Below are positions 20,363 through 32,541 of a DNA stretch of 64,000 nucleotides, piece after piece; positions within the stretch are counted from its first letter, which is position 1, and the number at the start of each line of letters is the position of its first letter. This DNA comes from Candidatus Krumholzibacteriia bacterium (GTDB lineage Bacteria > Krumholzibacteriota > Krumholzibacteriia > JAJRXK01), in contig JBGPIA010000001.1 in the NCBI GenBank assembly GCA_041484665.1, positions 768,001-832,000 on the forward strand. Direction: 5' to 3'. The position numbers were made by a program, and so were the translations under genes. The notes under the pieces are model-generated. The model did no database searches. It was not told the DNA's origin and was given only the letters and a program-made list of their open reading frames with translations.

Positions 20363-21851
20363 GGCAGACCTGCAGACCATCCGCCCGGCGCTCCCGCTGC
20401 TCGACTCGTTGCAGGCCGGGATCACCATCCTCGACGAGAACCTCGACCTCGTCTGGGCCAACCGCTACTTCAAGGAGCACCTGACCCACGTATCCGGCTT
20501 CTGCGACACGCACTGCTTCGCCGGGCTGCAGCCCGGGCAGCAGCGTTGCGAGGACTGTCTGCCGCCGCGCGTGCAGCGCAGCCAGCGGGTGGGCGAGGCG
20601 GTCCGCACCACCCGCGACGCGCAGGGCGTCCTCTCTTACTACCGCGTGGTCGTGAGCCCGCTGGCCGCGGATGGCTCGCTGCTTTGGACCATGATCCTGC
20701 CCCTGCCCCAGGACGAGATGGAGCGCGAGGACCGTTGGCGCGAGCGATTCCTGCTCAGCGCCATCCGCAGCAGCAACGATGGCATCTGCGCCGTGGACCG
20801 CATGGGGTTCGTGCGCTTCTGGAACCACGGCGCCGAGCAGATCTTCGGCTGGCGCGTCCACGAGATGATCGGACAGCCGGTGAGCCGGCTGATCATCAGC
20901 CCGCACGACGCCGTGGCGCGCGAGATCTTCGACCCGGGCAGCGGAAGCAGCCTGGTGACCAATCGCGAGCTGCTCGTGCGCTCCCGCGACCGCGGGGAGA
21001 TCTGGATCGAGGTCACGCGCTCGACGCTGTTGGACGGCAGCGGTGGCTTCAACGGCCACAGCTTCGTGGTGCGTGACGTCACCGAGCGCAAGCGCACCCT
21101 GGAGAAGATGGTCTTCACCGAGCGCATGAACGCCGTGGGAAACATGGCGGCCGCCCTGGCCCACGAGATCAACAACCCGCTGGGAGTGATCAGCAGCAAC
21201 GCCGAGGTGCTCATGCTCGACCTGGACGAGGGAGACCCCCGGCGGGAGGACCTCCAGGGCATCATCCGCGAGACCGACCGCATCAGCGATCTGGTGCGTG
21301 GGTTGCTGCGCTTCGCGCGCCCGGAGACGCCCGAGCTCGACGCCATCCACGCCGAGGAAGTGCTGCGCCGGGTGGAGCGCCTGATCCACCATGCCTCCCA
21401 CAAGCAGCACACGCGCATCGACCTCGAGATCGAGCTGGGCCTGCCCCCCATCCTGGGCGACGCCAACCAGCTCGAGCAAGTGGTGCTCAACCTCGCGATG
21501 AACGCGCTGCAAGCGGTCCAGTCCGGGGGAGTGATCCTGTTTTCCGCGCGAGCGCGCAGCCAGGTCGACGCTGGCGGCGGGGAGCGGGCGGGCGTGGAGC
21601 TTTCCGTGCTCGACACGGGCCCGGGACTTCCTCCCGGAGCCGGCGACCGGATCTTCGAGCCGTTCTACACAACCAAGGCGAATGGGACGGGCCTGGGCCT
21701 GGCCGTGTGCAAGACGCTGGTGGAGGAGCACGGTGGCGCGATCGTCGCCGCGGACCAACCGCAGGGCGGCGCCGCGTTCACCGTCTGGCTGCCTGCGCTC
21801 GACGGAGCGCGGCTGGGCGACGCGCCGGGCGTGACGCGCCACTTCGGCTAG
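20361..21851 (+). CDS. Cytoplasmic PAS-PAS histidine kinase (NtrB-like)
   Basis: AHEINNPL H-box, QVVLNLAMNA, DTGPG, FEPFYTTK, GTGLGL; no TM segment; first PAS carries CX3CX10CX2C. Confidence 0.92.
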   Translation: MADLQTIRPALPLLDSLQAGITILDENLDLVWANRYFKEHLTHVSGFCDTHCFAGLQPGQQRCEDCLPPRVQRSQRVGEAVRTTRDAQGVLSYYRVVVSPLAADGSLLWTMILPLPQDEMEREDRWRERFLLSAIRSSNDGICAVDRMGFVRFWNHGAEQIFGWRVHEMIGQPVSRLIISPHDAVAREIFDPGSGSSLVTNRELLVRSRDRGEIWIEVTRSTLLDGSGGFNGHSFVVRDVTERKRTLEKMVFTERMNAVGNMAAALAHEINNPLGVISSNAEVLMLDLDEGDPRREDLQGIIRETDRISDLVRGLLRFARPETPELDAIHAEEVLRRVERLIHHASHKQHTRIDLEIELGLPPILGDANQLEQVVLNLAMNALQAVQSGGVILFSARARSQVDAGGGERAGVELSVLDTGPGLPPGAGDRIFEPFYTTKANGTGLGLAVCKTLVEEHGGAIVAADQPQGGAAFTVWLPALDGARLGDAPGVTRHFG

Positions 21852-23311
21852 GAGGCGGCGCCACATTCCCGCTCCGCGGCCGCGATCCCTTCCTCGATCG
21901 CCTTGCGGTTCGCGGCCAGGATCTTCTCGTTCTTGCTGATGCCCGCGACGGCCTCCTCCAGGAGATCGCGGCGCGGGAATCCCAGGACGCGCAACATCGC
22001 GCCCATCATCACGACGTTGGCGACCCGCGACGCTCCCATGGCGTCGGCGACTTGCGTCGCCGGCACGGCGTGTCTGTGCACGTCGTTGCGATCGGGGGTC
22101 ACGTCGATCAGGCTGCTGTCGTAGAACACGTGTCCGCCGGGTGTCACCTCGCACAGGAAGCGGTCGAGGGACGGCCGGTTCATGGCGACCAGCACGTCGG
22201 GGCGGTCGACCATCGGGTTGCCGATCTCGCGCACCGAGGCGACCACCGCGCAGTTGGCCGTCCCGCCGCGCATCTCGGGGCCGTAGCTGGGCAGCCAGGT
22301 GACTTTGAGACCCTGGCGCATGCCCGCCTCCGCCAGCAGCTCGCCCAGAAGCAGGATCCCCTGTCCCCCGAAGCCGGCGGCCTTCAAGCGCAGGGTGTCG
22401 CGCTGCGCGTCGCTCCCAGCACCGCCGCGACTCCACGGCGCCTGGGCCAGCGGCGCCAGCGCAGCGCCCGCGCGATGCTCGATGCCCAGCGTCTGCTCGG
22501 CGCGCTGTGGATCGAAGATCGCCGGGTGGGGCGGCGCGAGGCGCTCCCGCGGCTGGTCCTTGAAGACCCCCAGCGGGTAGATCTTCTCCATGTTCTCCTC
22601 GATCCACTGGATCGAGTCGGTGGGATCCACCTTCCAGCCTGTGGGACACTGGGCCAAGATCTCCACGAAGCTGAACCCCTTGTTCTCCAGCTGGTATTGC
22701 AGCGCCTTCTTGATGGCGACGCGCGTCCGGTTGATCTTCGCGGGATTGGTGAGGGAGTGGCGGCAGCAGAAGCTCGGGCCATCCAGCTGGGACAACAGCT
22801 CGGCCATTCGCATGGGGCTGCCGTACTCCTCGAATGCGCGCCCTGACGGTGTGGTGGTGGTCTTCATGCCGATGGGCGACGTCGGCGCCAGCTGGCCGCC
22901 CGTCATTCCGTAGATGGCGTTGTTCACGAAGAACACGGTGATGTTCTCGCCACGGTTGGCGGCCTGCAGGATGTTGTTGCCGCCGATGGCCGCGAGGTCG
23001 CCGTCCCCCTGGTAGCTGATCACGATGCTATCGGGCCGCGCGCGCTTGATGCCCGTGGCGACGGCGGGGGCGCGGCCGTGGGCGACCTGCACGTTGCCCG
23101 TGTCGAAGTAGTAGTACGCAAACACCGAGCAGCCGACCGGACTGATGAAGATGACGCGATCCTGGATCTTTAGCTCGTCGATCGCCTCGGCGATGAGCTT
23201 GTGCACGATGCCATGGCCGCATCCGGGGCAATAGTGGGTGGCATCGGGCTCCGGTCCACCCTTGCGCTCGAAGATCTCGTAGAACGACTTGGGCTTCTCC
23301 AGGACTTTCAT
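21848..23311 (-). CDS. vorA: 2-oxoacid:ferredoxin oxidoreductase fused beta-gamma subunit (VorA-type)
   Basis: [12 protein letters not shown]...NN TPP motif, then GFGGQG and SYGPEMRGG gamma domain. Confidence 0.85.
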   Translation of the reverse strand: MKVLEKPKSFYEIFERKGGPEPDATHYCPGCGHGIVHKLIAEAIDELKIQDRVIFISPVGCSVFAYYYFDTGNVQVAHGRAPAVATGIKRARPDSIVISYQGDGDLAAIGGNNILQAANRGENITVFFVNNAIYGMTGGQLAPTSPIGMKTTTTPSGRAFEEYGSPMRMAELLSQLDGPSFCCRHSLTNPAKINRTRVAIKKALQYQLENKGFSFVEILAQCPTGWKVDPTDSIQWIEENMEKIYPLGVFKDQPRERLAPPHPAIFDPQRAEQTLGIEHRAGAALAPLAQAPWSRGGAGSDAQRDTLRLKAAGFGGQGILLLGELLAEAGMRQGLKVTWLPSYGPEMRGGTANCAVVASVREIGNPMVDRPDVLVAMNRPSLDRFLCEVTPGGHVFYDSSLIDVTPDRNDVHRHAVPATQVADAMGASRVANVVMMGAMLRVLGFPRRDLLEEAVAGISKNEKILAANRKAIEEGIAAAERECGAAS

Positions 23312-24528
23312 CGGCGCACCTCCGTGGCAGCGCTCGACAGCACCGCGCGCACCTCGGGCAGGATCTCCTGTACCGTGGGCAGGACTCCGCCGGCGCGGCC
23401 GTAGAAGTGCACGGGGACGAGGTCGCTCACCGCCAGGCGAACGTCCTCCACCATCTGGCCGGTGGAGAGCTCCACGACCAGCGCGGCGCGCGCTCGGGCA
23501 CAGGCCGCGCGCAGCGCCTCGCTGGGGAAGGGCCAGAGGGTGATGGGCCGCACCAGTCCCACCCGCAGCCCTTCGCGGCGAGCCTCGTCCACCACGCCCT
23601 GCAGGATGCGGCTCACCACCCCGTACCCCACGAGCACCAGGTCCGCATCCGCGACCGCGATCTCCTCCCAGCGCTGCTCGTGCCGCTCGATCTCCTTGTA
23701 CTTGCCGTGCAGGTGCCGGACGTGATCCTCGAGATCCTTCGGATCGAGATGGATGGAGCAGATGAGGTTCGCGCGCGTCTCGCGCGTGCCTTCCACCGCC
23801 CAGTCCTTGCGCGGCAGCTCACGCACCGCCTGCGGCAGGAACACCGGCTCCTTCATCTGCCCCACCAGCCCGTCGGCCAACAGCGCCACCGGGTTGCGGT
23901 AGCGGTCGGCGAGCTCGAAGCAGTCCATGGTCAGATCGCACATCTCCTGCACGCTGGAGGGCGCCAGCACGATCAGGTGGTAGCAGCCGTGCCCGCCGCC
24001 CTTGACCATCTGGAAGTAGTCCCCCTGCTCCGGCGCGATGTTCCCCAGACCCGGGCCGCCGCGCATGATGTCGACGACCACCAGCGGCAGCTCGCTGCCC
24101 GCGGCGTAGCTCAGGCCCTCCTGCTTGAGACTGATGCCGGGGCTGCTGCTGGCGGTCATGCAGCGCGTACCGGCGGACGCAGCGCCGTAGACCATCTGGA
24201 TCGCGGCGATCTCGCTCTCGGCCTGCAGGAAGACGCCCCCCACCTGCGGAAACAGCTCGGCCGCCGTGTGCGCGATCTCGCTAGCCGGTGTGATCGGGTA
24301 GCCGAAGTACAGGCGGCAACCGGCCAGGATGGCTCCATGCACGACCGCCTCGTTGCCCTTCATGAGCATCGGAGCGGCGGTCCGCTGCGGCGGAGCCGGG
24401 CGCTTGCGCCCAGCCGTGTCCAGCGCGGACACGTCCGGCCAGCGCGGTACGGCGTCGCGGAACGCCAGATCCCGCGGAGCTTCGACGGGCCGCGCCGTCG
24501 CCGCTTCAGGAGGGCTGCTGGTTGCCAT
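23308..24528 (-). CDS. vorB: 2-oxoacid:ferredoxin oxidoreductase alpha subunit (VorB-type)
   Basis: [35 protein letters not shown]; an internal start near 24369 is possible. Confidence 0.85.
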   Translation of the reverse strand: MATSSPPEAATARPVEAPRDLAFRDAVPRWPDVSALDTAGRKRPAPPQRTAAPMLMKGNEAVVHGAILAGCRLYFGYPITPASEIAHTAAELFPQVGGVFLQAESEIAAIQMVYGAASAGTRCMTASSSPGISLKQEGLSYAAGSELPLVVVDIMRGGPGLGNIAPEQGDYFQMVKGGGHGCYHLIVLAPSSVQEMCDLTMDCFELADRYRNPVALLADGLVGQMKEPVFLPQAVRELPRKDWAVEGTRETRANLICSIHLDPKDLEDHVRHLHGKYKEIERHEQRWEEIAVADADLVLVGYGVVSRILQGVVDEARREGLRVGLVRPITLWPFPSEALRAACARARAALVVELSTGQMVEDVRLAVSDLVPVHFYGRAGGVLPTVQEILPEVRAVLSSAATEVRR

Positions 24529-24598
24529 GACGTCCCCTCTCCTGCGCTGCGCGCGCGACCTCGGGCCAGGCCGACGATCGCGGCGCGTCCGATGGGTT

Positions 24599-24832
24599 TC
24601 AGAAGCGGATGACGCGGATCGCGCCGGGCTCGGGGCACGTGCGGTAACAGATGCCGCAGCCGGAGCACCCCTTTCCGACGTAGGCGATGGGCCGGAAGCC
24701 GCGCCGGTTCAAGCGTGTGGTGCGGACCAGGAGCTGGTCTGGGCACATCAGGACGCAGAGTCCGCAGCCCTTGCACAGGTCGGGTGCGATCTCCACGGTT
24801 CCACGATCGACGCGAGTCTGCTCGGCGAGCAT
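24599..24832 (-). CDS. 2x[4Fe-4S] ferredoxin (delta/VorC-type subunit)
   Basis: [12 protein letters not shown] and [20 protein letters not shown]. Confidence 0.92.
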   Translation of the reverse strand: MLAEQTRVDRGTVEIAPDLCKGCGLCVLMCPDQLLVRTTRLNRRGFRPIAYVGKGCSGCGICYRTCPEPGAIRVIRF

Positions 24833-25015
24833 GCTGCCACCTCCCAGGGGCCGGCGAACGCCCGATTTGTCTGCGGATCCGTGCACGAACCGCTCCGATT
24901 CCGTGAGCTGCGGACGGGGGGCGCAGTGCCGCCAAATCGCGGCTCAACTCTTTCGATTCCAATGAATTACGATCACGGCGACGAGTGGGGCGGCACGCTC
25001 CGCAGCGCCAGGCTG

Positions 25016-25068
25016 GACAATCTGTCAGCTGGGGTCCGATTGAGCGCCGTGAACGGCGACAAGATGTC
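25016..25068. promoter_or_regulatory. Paired GACA-N3-TGTC palindromes (putative activator sites for the vor operon)
   Basis: GACAatcTGTC 25016-25026 and GACAagaTGTC 25058-25068, starts 42 bp apart. Confidence 0.65.
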
Positions 25069-25130
25069 GGGCGGCCACTCGGCCGCGACCCGCGGTGGCG
25101 GGCGGCGAGCGGCGCGGGGTGGTGGCCCGC

Positions 25131-26693
<1,563 letters not shown>

Positions 26694-26854
26694 GGGGCCG
26701 GTATCCAATCGATCGGGGGTCTGGGCGCGCGGACGCCCTCCAGTGAACTGCCGGGCGGGCACCCAGCGCACCGCTCGAGCGTGCCGCACGTGGGTCATGC
26801 GGCAAGAGAGTAATGAGGCGAACCCCCGCGGACAAGCGATCGTGGACTGCGCGC

Positions 26855-26907
26855 GACATTTTGTCGCGCCCCCTGCGCGTCCAAATCGGCGTGCGGGACA
26901 GCTTGTC
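26855..26907. promoter_or_regulatory. Paired GACA-N3-TGTC palindromes (putative activator sites for the hydrogenase/PFOR operon)
   Basis: GACAtttTGTC 26855-26865 (inside gcgcGACAtttTGTCgcgc) and GACAgctTGTC 26897-26907, 42 bp apart. Confidence 0.65.
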
Positions 26908-27101
26908 ACAGCCGCGCCGGCCCGGCCCGTTGGCCAGTTCCCAGCGCGCCCGGCACGCGCCGCGGGACGGCGGGTGGGCCGCGACCGCGCCGCATCCAAC
27001 TCACGGCCGTCCATGCAGTTGCACGCAGTCGCGGGCGTGGCTGCTCGCCGCGCCGCAGCCGTGGCGCCGGCCGCCTGTGCCCGGCCACGCCGCGCCTTCG
27101 G

Positions 27102-27117
27102 GGGAACGTCCCATGCA
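27102..27117 (+). promoter_or_regulatory. Candidate sigma54 -24/-12 promoter
   Basis: gGGAACgtcccATGCA: GG-N10-GC spacing, about 65 nt upstream of ATG 27183. Confidence 0.4.
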
Positions 27118-27182
27118 CTCCCTACCGCGGGCCGGCTCGCGATCGCGAGCCGGGCAGGTGCACGAAGGGGGGTCGATGCAGA

Positions 27183-28226
27183 ATGCGGGAATGGATGCTT
27201 GCGCGGGCGCAGCTGCCGCGGCTGTTGGGCGTGATCGCCCAGGACTACCGGATCGTGGCGCCGCAAAGCCTTGGACCGCTGTTCGAGTTCCGGCCTCTGG
27301 TCGACGTCGCAAAGCTGTGCCTCGACTACCCGACGACGATGCTGCCTCCTTCCCGTGCATTCATCCCCGACGGGGAGGTGCTGTACCGCTTCGATCCCGC
27401 GGATCCCGCCAGCGGACGGGCCGTGGAGCCGGAGCCGCCGATGGCGCTGTTCGGCGTGCACACCTGTGATCTGGAGGGGATCTCGATCCTCGACGAAATC
27501 TACCTCAGCCCGCCCATCGACCGCACGTACGCCAACCGCCGGCGCAACGCGCTGATCGTCGGCATCGAGTGCGAGCGCCCCTGCCAGACCGAGTCCTTCT
27601 GCGCCGACAAGCGGACCTACTCCAGCGAGCGCACGTTCGACCTGCTGCTGATCCCGGTCGACCACGAGCGGTTCATGGTCCGCAGCCGTACCGGGCTTGG
27701 CATGGCGGTGGCCGAGCGCAGCGCCGTGATGGCCCCCGCCACCTACCGCGACCAGGTCGAGCTGGAGGAGTTCCGCGGGACGCAGCGAGCGCGCTTCCAC
27801 CGCAAGTTCGCCCTCGACGAGCAAGCGCTCAGCCCGCGCGTGCGGGCGAGTTGGGACGACCTGCTGTGGGGCGCCCGCTCGCGCCTCTGCCTGGACTGCG
27901 GGGCGTGCAACGTCGTCTGCCCCACCTGCCACTGCTTCACGATCGGCGACCGCTTGCCGGTAGCGGAAGGCGGGCTCGGCGAGCGCTGCCGCTATTGGAC
28001 CGGCTGCCAGCTGGAGACCTTCGCGCGGGTGGCCGGCGGCGAGAATTTCCGGAGCAAGAAGGCCAATCGGCTGCGCCACCGCATCTTCAAGAAGGAAGTC
28101 TACGGCTTCGACCGTTTCGGGCGCAGCGGCTGCGTCGGTTGCGGCCGCTGCGGGCACTTCTGCCCGGCCGGGATCAAGCTGGTGGACATCTACCGGCAGC
28201 TCTCCGAGGAGACCGTCCATGTCTGA
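27183..28226 (+). CDS. Group 3b [NiFe]-hydrogenase Fe-S (beta) subunit
   Basis: CLDCGACNVVCPTCHC and CVGCGRCGHFCP; AsrA/HydB pattern. Confidence 0.9.
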   Translation: MREWMLARAQLPRLLGVIAQDYRIVAPQSLGPLFEFRPLVDVAKLCLDYPTTMLPPSRAFIPDGEVLYRFDPADPASGRAVEPEPPMALFGVHTCDLEGISILDEIYLSPPIDRTYANRRRNALIVGIECERPCQTESFCADKRTYSSERTFDLLLIPVDHERFMVRSRTGLGMAVAERSAVMAPATYRDQVELEEFRGTQRARFHRKFALDEQALSPRVRASWDDLLWGARSRLCLDCGACNVVCPTCHCFTIGDRLPVAEGGLGERCRYWTGCQLETFARVAGGENFRSKKANRLRHRIFKKEVYGFDRFGRSGCVGCGRCGHFCPAGIKLVDIYRQLSEETVHV

Positions 28227-29058
28227 GCTGCTCGAATGCACTCCGATGACCGACCTGCCGGTGGCCGCGGTGGTGCGCGGGGCCCGTCTGCTCACGGCGC
28301 GGGAGATCCTGCTGGATCTGGAGCTGGAGGGCGGACGGGAGCTGCGCCACCAGCCCGGACAGTTCGTCATGGTGAGCCTGATGGGGACCGGGGAGGCTCC
28401 CATCTCCATCAGCTCACCGCCGCGCCCCGGTGGTCGTTTCGAGCTGTGCGTACGCGATGCCGGGACCCTCACCCACTACCTGCACCGCCTGAAGGAGAGC
28501 GACCGCGTGGGCATCCGTGGACCGTTCGGCCACGGGTTCCCCCAGGACGAGATCGAGGGCTACGACGTGGTGCTGGTGGCGGGCGGGCTGGGGCTGGCGC
28601 CGCTGCGCTCGCTCATCAGCACGGTGGTGCAGCGGCGCGAGCGCTTCGGCAAGGTCACCATCATGTACGGCGCCCGCAGCCCCCGCGAGCGCCTGTTCGT
28701 GGACGAGCTGGAACGCTGGGCGCGCTCGCCGGGTGTCCGCGTGGCGCAGACCGTGGACGTCGCCGACGGCACGTGGCGGGGGCGCGTCGGCGTGATCACG
28801 ACGCTGTTCAGCGGTCTGGAGTTCGATCCCCATACCTCGGTCGCGGCCATCTGCGGTCCGCCGGTCATGTACAAGTTCGTCGTGATGGAGCTGCTCGCCC
28901 GGGGCTTCCTCGAGGGGCGGATCTACATGTCGCTGGAGCGGCGGATGTGTTGCGGCATGGGCAAGTGCGGGCAGTGCCAGATCAATGGCGAGTTCGTCTG
29001 CCGCAGCGGACCCGTGTACCGCTATCTCGATGCGAAACGGCTGCGCGAGGCGCTCTGA
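28219..29058 (+). CDS. Group 3b hydrogenase FAD/NAD(P)-binding (gamma) subunit
   Basis: PGQFVM, GPFGHGF, AGGLGLAP, CGPPVM, MCCGMGKCGQC. Confidence 0.9.
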   Translation: MSELLECTPMTDLPVAAVVRGARLLTAREILLDLELEGGRELRHQPGQFVMVSLMGTGEAPISISSPPRPGGRFELCVRDAGTLTHYLHRLKESDRVGIRGPFGHGFPQDEIEGYDVVLVAGGLGLAPLRSLISTVVQRRERFGKVTIMYGARSPRERLFVDELERWARSPGVRVAQTVDVADGTWRGRVGVITTLFSGLEFDPHTSVAAICGPPVMYKFVVMELLARGFLEGRIYMSLERRMCCGMGKCGQCQINGEFVCRSGPVYRYLDAKRLREAL

Positions 29059-29083
29059 GCCGCAGGACGGGGAGGATTGGGAC

Positions 29084-29866
29084 ATGGCAGTGCCGAGGAT
29101 CGCCGTCTTCAGCTTCACGAGCTGCGAGGGCTGCCAGCTGCAGATCCTCAACCTGGAGGACGAGCTGCTGGCACTGCTGCGTCGCGTGGAGATCGTCAAC
29201 TTCCGCGAGGCGATGACCGAGCGCAGCGATGACTACCAGATCGCGCTGGTGGAAGGCTCGGTCTCGACGCAGGCCGACGAGGATGAGCTGCGCGAAGTCC
29301 GCGCGCGCGCCGCCGTGCTGGTGACCATCGGCGCGTGCGCCGTGACCACCGGCGTCAACGGGATGCGCAATGCCCTGCCGGCGGAGCAGGCCTGGGCCCG
29401 CGTCTACCCCGACCGCGGGTTCGACGCGGGCGTCCAGCCCAGGGTGCGCCGCGTGGCCGATGTAGTGAAGGTCGACGTCGAGGTCCCCGGCTGCCCCATC
29501 GACCGCGGTGAGCTGCTGCGCACGCTCACCGTACTGTTGCTCGGCCAGGTGCCCCGCCTCCCCTCCACTCCGGTGTGCGACGAATGCCGCCGTGCGGGGA
29601 ATCCCTGCCTGCTGGACCGCGGTGAGTTCTGCTTCGGGTCGGTCACGCGCAGCGGGTGCGGCGCGATCTGCCCCCGCTTCGGTGAGAGCTGCTGCGCGTG
29701 CCGCGGACTGCTCCCCGCGGCCCCGTTGGCGGAGCTGCTGGAGATCCTCGAGCTGCGCGGGATACCGCGGGCGGAGAGCCTGCTGCGCCTGACTCAGTTC
29801 GCCAGCCAGGATCCGCAGGTCCTGGCCCTCACTGCAGCGCCGGAGCCGGTGGGGGTGCCCATATGA
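29084..29866 (+). CDS. Group 3b hydrogenase small (delta) subunit
   Basis: SCEGC, VEGSV, GACA, PGCP, VCDEC, CGAICP, CCACRG. Confidence 0.9.
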   Translation: MAVPRIAVFSFTSCEGCQLQILNLEDELLALLRRVEIVNFREAMTERSDDYQIALVEGSVSTQADEDELREVRARAAVLVTIGACAVTTGVNGMRNALPAEQAWARVYPDRGFDAGVQPRVRRVADVVKVDVEVPGCPIDRGELLRTLTVLLLGQVPRLPSTPVCDECRRAGNPCLLDRGEFCFGSVTRSGCGAICPRFGESCCACRGLLPAAPLAELLEILELRGIPRAESLLRLTQFASQDPQVLALTAAPEPVGVPI

Positions 29867-31155
29867 AGAAGCTGGAAATCGACGTCCACCACATCACGCG
29901 TGTGGAGGGTCATGGCAACCTCAAGGTACGGGCGAGCGACGGCCACATCGAGGAGCTGCAGCTGGAGATCGTGGAGTCGCCGCGGTTCTTCGAGTCGATG
30001 CTCATGGGGCGCTTCGCCGACGAGGCGCCCTCCATCACCTCCCGTATCTGCGGCATCTGCGCCGTGGGGCACGCATCGGCCGCCTGCCGTGCCGCGGAGA
30101 AGGCGCTGGGCTTCGCGCCGCCGCCGGAGGTCAGTGCGCTGCGCAAGGTGCTCCTGGACCTGGAGTTCCTGCAGAGCCACGTCCTGCACCTCTACTTCCT
30201 GGTGGCCCCCGATCTGTTCGGCCAGGGCAGCGTGATTCCCCTCGCCGAGTCCCATCCCGATGTGGTGCTGCGGGCCCTGCGCCTAAAGAAGTTGGCCAAC
30301 CGCGCCAGCGAGATCCTGGTCGGGCGCAAGGTCCACCCGGTCGCCATGGCGGTGGGCGGGTTCACCCGCTGGCCGGCCAAGGCGGAGCTGGCGCAGGTGC
30401 AGCAGATGCTCGAGGGGGGACGCGCGGACGTGGAAGCGACGCTCGACCTCTTCGCCGCGCTTCCGAGCCCCGACCTCATCCAGCCCGCCGAGGCCGTCGC
30501 GCTTCGCGGCGAGACAGGCTACGCCCTGCTCGAAGGACGCCTGACATCCAGTGCCGGAGTCGCCTACGACGAGGAGCATTACCCCCGTCTGATCCACGAG
30601 TACACCGTCGCCCATAGCTCGGCGCGCCACGTGCGCACCGACCGTGGCCCCTTGCGCGTGGGAGCGCTGGCGCGCGCGACGATCAACCGGGACCGGCTGC
30701 TGCCCGCCGCGGCGAAGGCGGCCGCGCGCCTTGGACTGCCGCTGCAATCGCAGAATCCCTTCCACAACAACACGGCGCAGGTGGTGGAGTGCGTGCAGTG
30801 CCTGGAAGAGGCTATCACGCTGCTGGACGGACTGCTGGACCTGCACAGCCCGCCCGTGTACGTGCGCCCCGCTCCCGCTGCCGGGGTCGGGATCGCCGCG
30901 GTGGAAGTGCCGCGCGGCACGCTCTACCACCACTACGAGACCGATGCCGCAGGACGCATCGTCAAGGCCAACTGCATCATCCCCACCGGACAGAACCAGG
31001 CGGCCATCGAGCAGGACCTGCGAACCTACGTGGGGACGCTGGTGACAGCGGGCCGGGTCCAGGACGAGATCCGCGCCCAGTGCGAGATGCTGGTGCGGGC
31101 CTACGACCCGTGCATCTCGTGCGCCGCGCACTTCCTGGAGGTGGAGCTTGTCTGA
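29863..31155 (+). CDS. Group 3b [NiFe]-hydrogenase large (alpha) subunit
   Basis: TRVEGHG; L1 SRICGIC; L2 RAYDPCISCAAH plus a short cleavable tail. Confidence 0.95.
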   Translation: MKKLEIDVHHITRVEGHGNLKVRASDGHIEELQLEIVESPRFFESMLMGRFADEAPSITSRICGICAVGHASAACRAAEKALGFAPPPEVSALRKVLLDLEFLQSHVLHLYFLVAPDLFGQGSVIPLAESHPDVVLRALRLKKLANRASEILVGRKVHPVAMAVGGFTRWPAKAELAQVQQMLEGGRADVEATLDLFAALPSPDLIQPAEAVALRGETGYALLEGRLTSSAGVAYDEEHYPRLIHEYTVAHSSARHVRTDRGPLRVGALARATINRDRLLPAAAKAAARLGLPLQSQNPFHNNTAQVVECVQCLEEAITLLDGLLDLHSPPVYVRPAPAAGVGIAAVEVPRGTLYHHYETDAAGRIVKANCIIPTGQNQAAIEQDLRTYVGTLVTAGRVQDEIRAQCEMLVRAYDPCISCAAHFLEVELV

Positions 31156-31645
31156 TCCGCGCGTCCTGGTCATGGGCTTCGGGAGCCCGCTGCGCGGCGA
31201 CGACGGCGCCGGCGCCGCGGCACTAGAGCGCCTGCGCGCCGCCTTGGCGCAGCAGCCGGGCGTCGACCTGGTGGATGGAGGCGTACGCGGGCTCGACCTG
31301 CTGGAGCGCGCGCCCGACTACGACCGGGTGATCCTGATCGACGCGGCGCGGGCCCACGCCACAGCGCCGGCGTGGCGCGCCGGCCAGATCGTGCACCTGC
31401 CGTCCACGAGCGTCCGGCCCCGCGCGGGCGCGCTCGTCTCCCTCCATGGGCTGGACCTGGGGGCCACGCTCGAGCTTGCCCGGGCGTTGCATTTGGTCCT
31501 TCCGCCCGTGGAGCTGGTGCTCATCTTTGTAGAGGACACGGGGGTCGGCCAGCCGCTCAGCCCGTCGGTGGCGGGGGCGCTCGACGCAGTGGTTTCCCTG
31601 GTCAAAGCCAGGATCGAGGAGATCGTGCAGGCGGTGGGCGCGTGA
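31148..31645 (+). CDS. Hydrogenase maturation protease
   Basis: MGFGSPLRGDDGAG, VILIDAA, SLHG. Confidence 0.85.
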   Translation: MSDPRVLVMGFGSPLRGDDGAGAAALERLRAALAQQPGVDLVDGGVRGLDLLERAPDYDRVILIDAARAHATAPAWRAGQIVHLPSTSVRPRAGALVSLHGLDLGATLELARALHLVLPPVELVLIFVEDTGVGQPLSPSVAGALDAVVSLVKARIEEIVQAVGA

Positions 31646-31676
31646 GACGCCTGCTCCGCGCGAGAAAGGTGGGGTC

Positions 31677-32129
31677 ATGGTGACGAAGGAGTTGCTCGCG
31701 AGATTCGAGGTGTTCCGGTCGCTGACGACCCGGCAGCTCGAACAGCTCGAAGCGATCGCCCAGGTCCGGGACTACGCCGACGGCGAGGTCCTCTTTCGCG
31801 AGGGGGAGGTGGCCGGGTACCTCGATCTGCTCGAGAGCGGTCGGGTCGCCCTGCAGATGACCCTGCCCAACGATCGCCGGGTGCAGGTGTACACCGTGGA
31901 GGCCGGCGGTGGGCTGGGCTGGTCCGCGCTCGCGGAGAACACCCAGTACACGGCTTCGGCGCGCGCGGTGGGGCCCGTGCGCACGATTCGGATCCCGCGC
32001 GACCGGCTGGCGTCGCTGTTCGACCAGGATCCACACATGGGGATGGTGGTCTACCGCGGCTTGCTCGGCGTCGTGGCCCAGCGCCTCGCGGAGGCGCGCG
32101 TGCGGATCGCCAGCATGGCGTGCGACTGA
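31677..32129 (+). CDS. Stand-alone cyclic-nucleotide-binding domain protein
   Basis: LFREGE, LLESGRV, LGWSAL, YTASARA; no HTH. Confidence 0.85.
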   Translation: MVTKELLARFEVFRSLTTRQLEQLEAIAQVRDYADGEVLFREGEVAGYLDLLESGRVALQMTLPNDRRVQVYTVEAGGGLGWSALAENTQYTASARAVGPVRTIRIPRDRLASLFDQDPHMGMVVYRGLLGVVAQRLAEARVRIASMACD

Positions 32130-32184
32130 GGCGGCGGCCGAGGGCAGCGGTGGTGGGCGGGGGGACGCGTGGAGGGCTGGATCG

Positions 32185-32541
32185 ATGCACGAGATGTCCG
32201 TGGCCAGAAGGGCGCTCGATGTCGCCGAAGCGGTGCTGCGCGCGCATGGCGGCGCGAAGGTGAACGCAGTGCGGTTGTCGGTCGGCGCGATGGCGCACAT
32301 CGATGACGGTGCCCTGCGCTTCGCCTTCGCGGCGCTGAGCTGCGGCGGCGCCGCGGAGGGCGCTGAGCTGCGCATCGAGCGCGAGGCGTTCAACGGAGCG
32401 TGCACCGACTGCGGCCAGACTGTGCAGGCCGAGCAGCTGGTGGAGCGCTGCCCGCGGTGTCGCGGCACCGCGCTGCGCTGGGCCCCCTCGGGCGACGCCG
32501 AGGTGGTCTCGGTGGAGATCGCGGTGGAGGCACCGATATGA
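32185..32541 (+). CDS. hypA: Hydrogenase nickel metallochaperone
   Basis: MHEMSVA; CTDC and CPRC. Confidence 0.92.
   Translation: MHEMSVARRALDVAEAVLRAHGGAKVNAVRLSVGAMAHIDDGALRFAFAALSCGGAAEGAELRIEREAFNGACTDCGQTVQAEQLVERCPRCRGTALRWAPSGDAEVVSVEIAVEAPI

Noticed and set aside
14020..21076. Long antisense ORFs (e.g. 14020-16284, 15549-17864, 18374-21076)
   Set aside because: Shadow frames of real genes in high-GC DNA, with no motifs.
29863..31155. [NiFeSe] hydrogenase
   Set aside because: All four ligands are Cys codons; there is no in-frame TGA.
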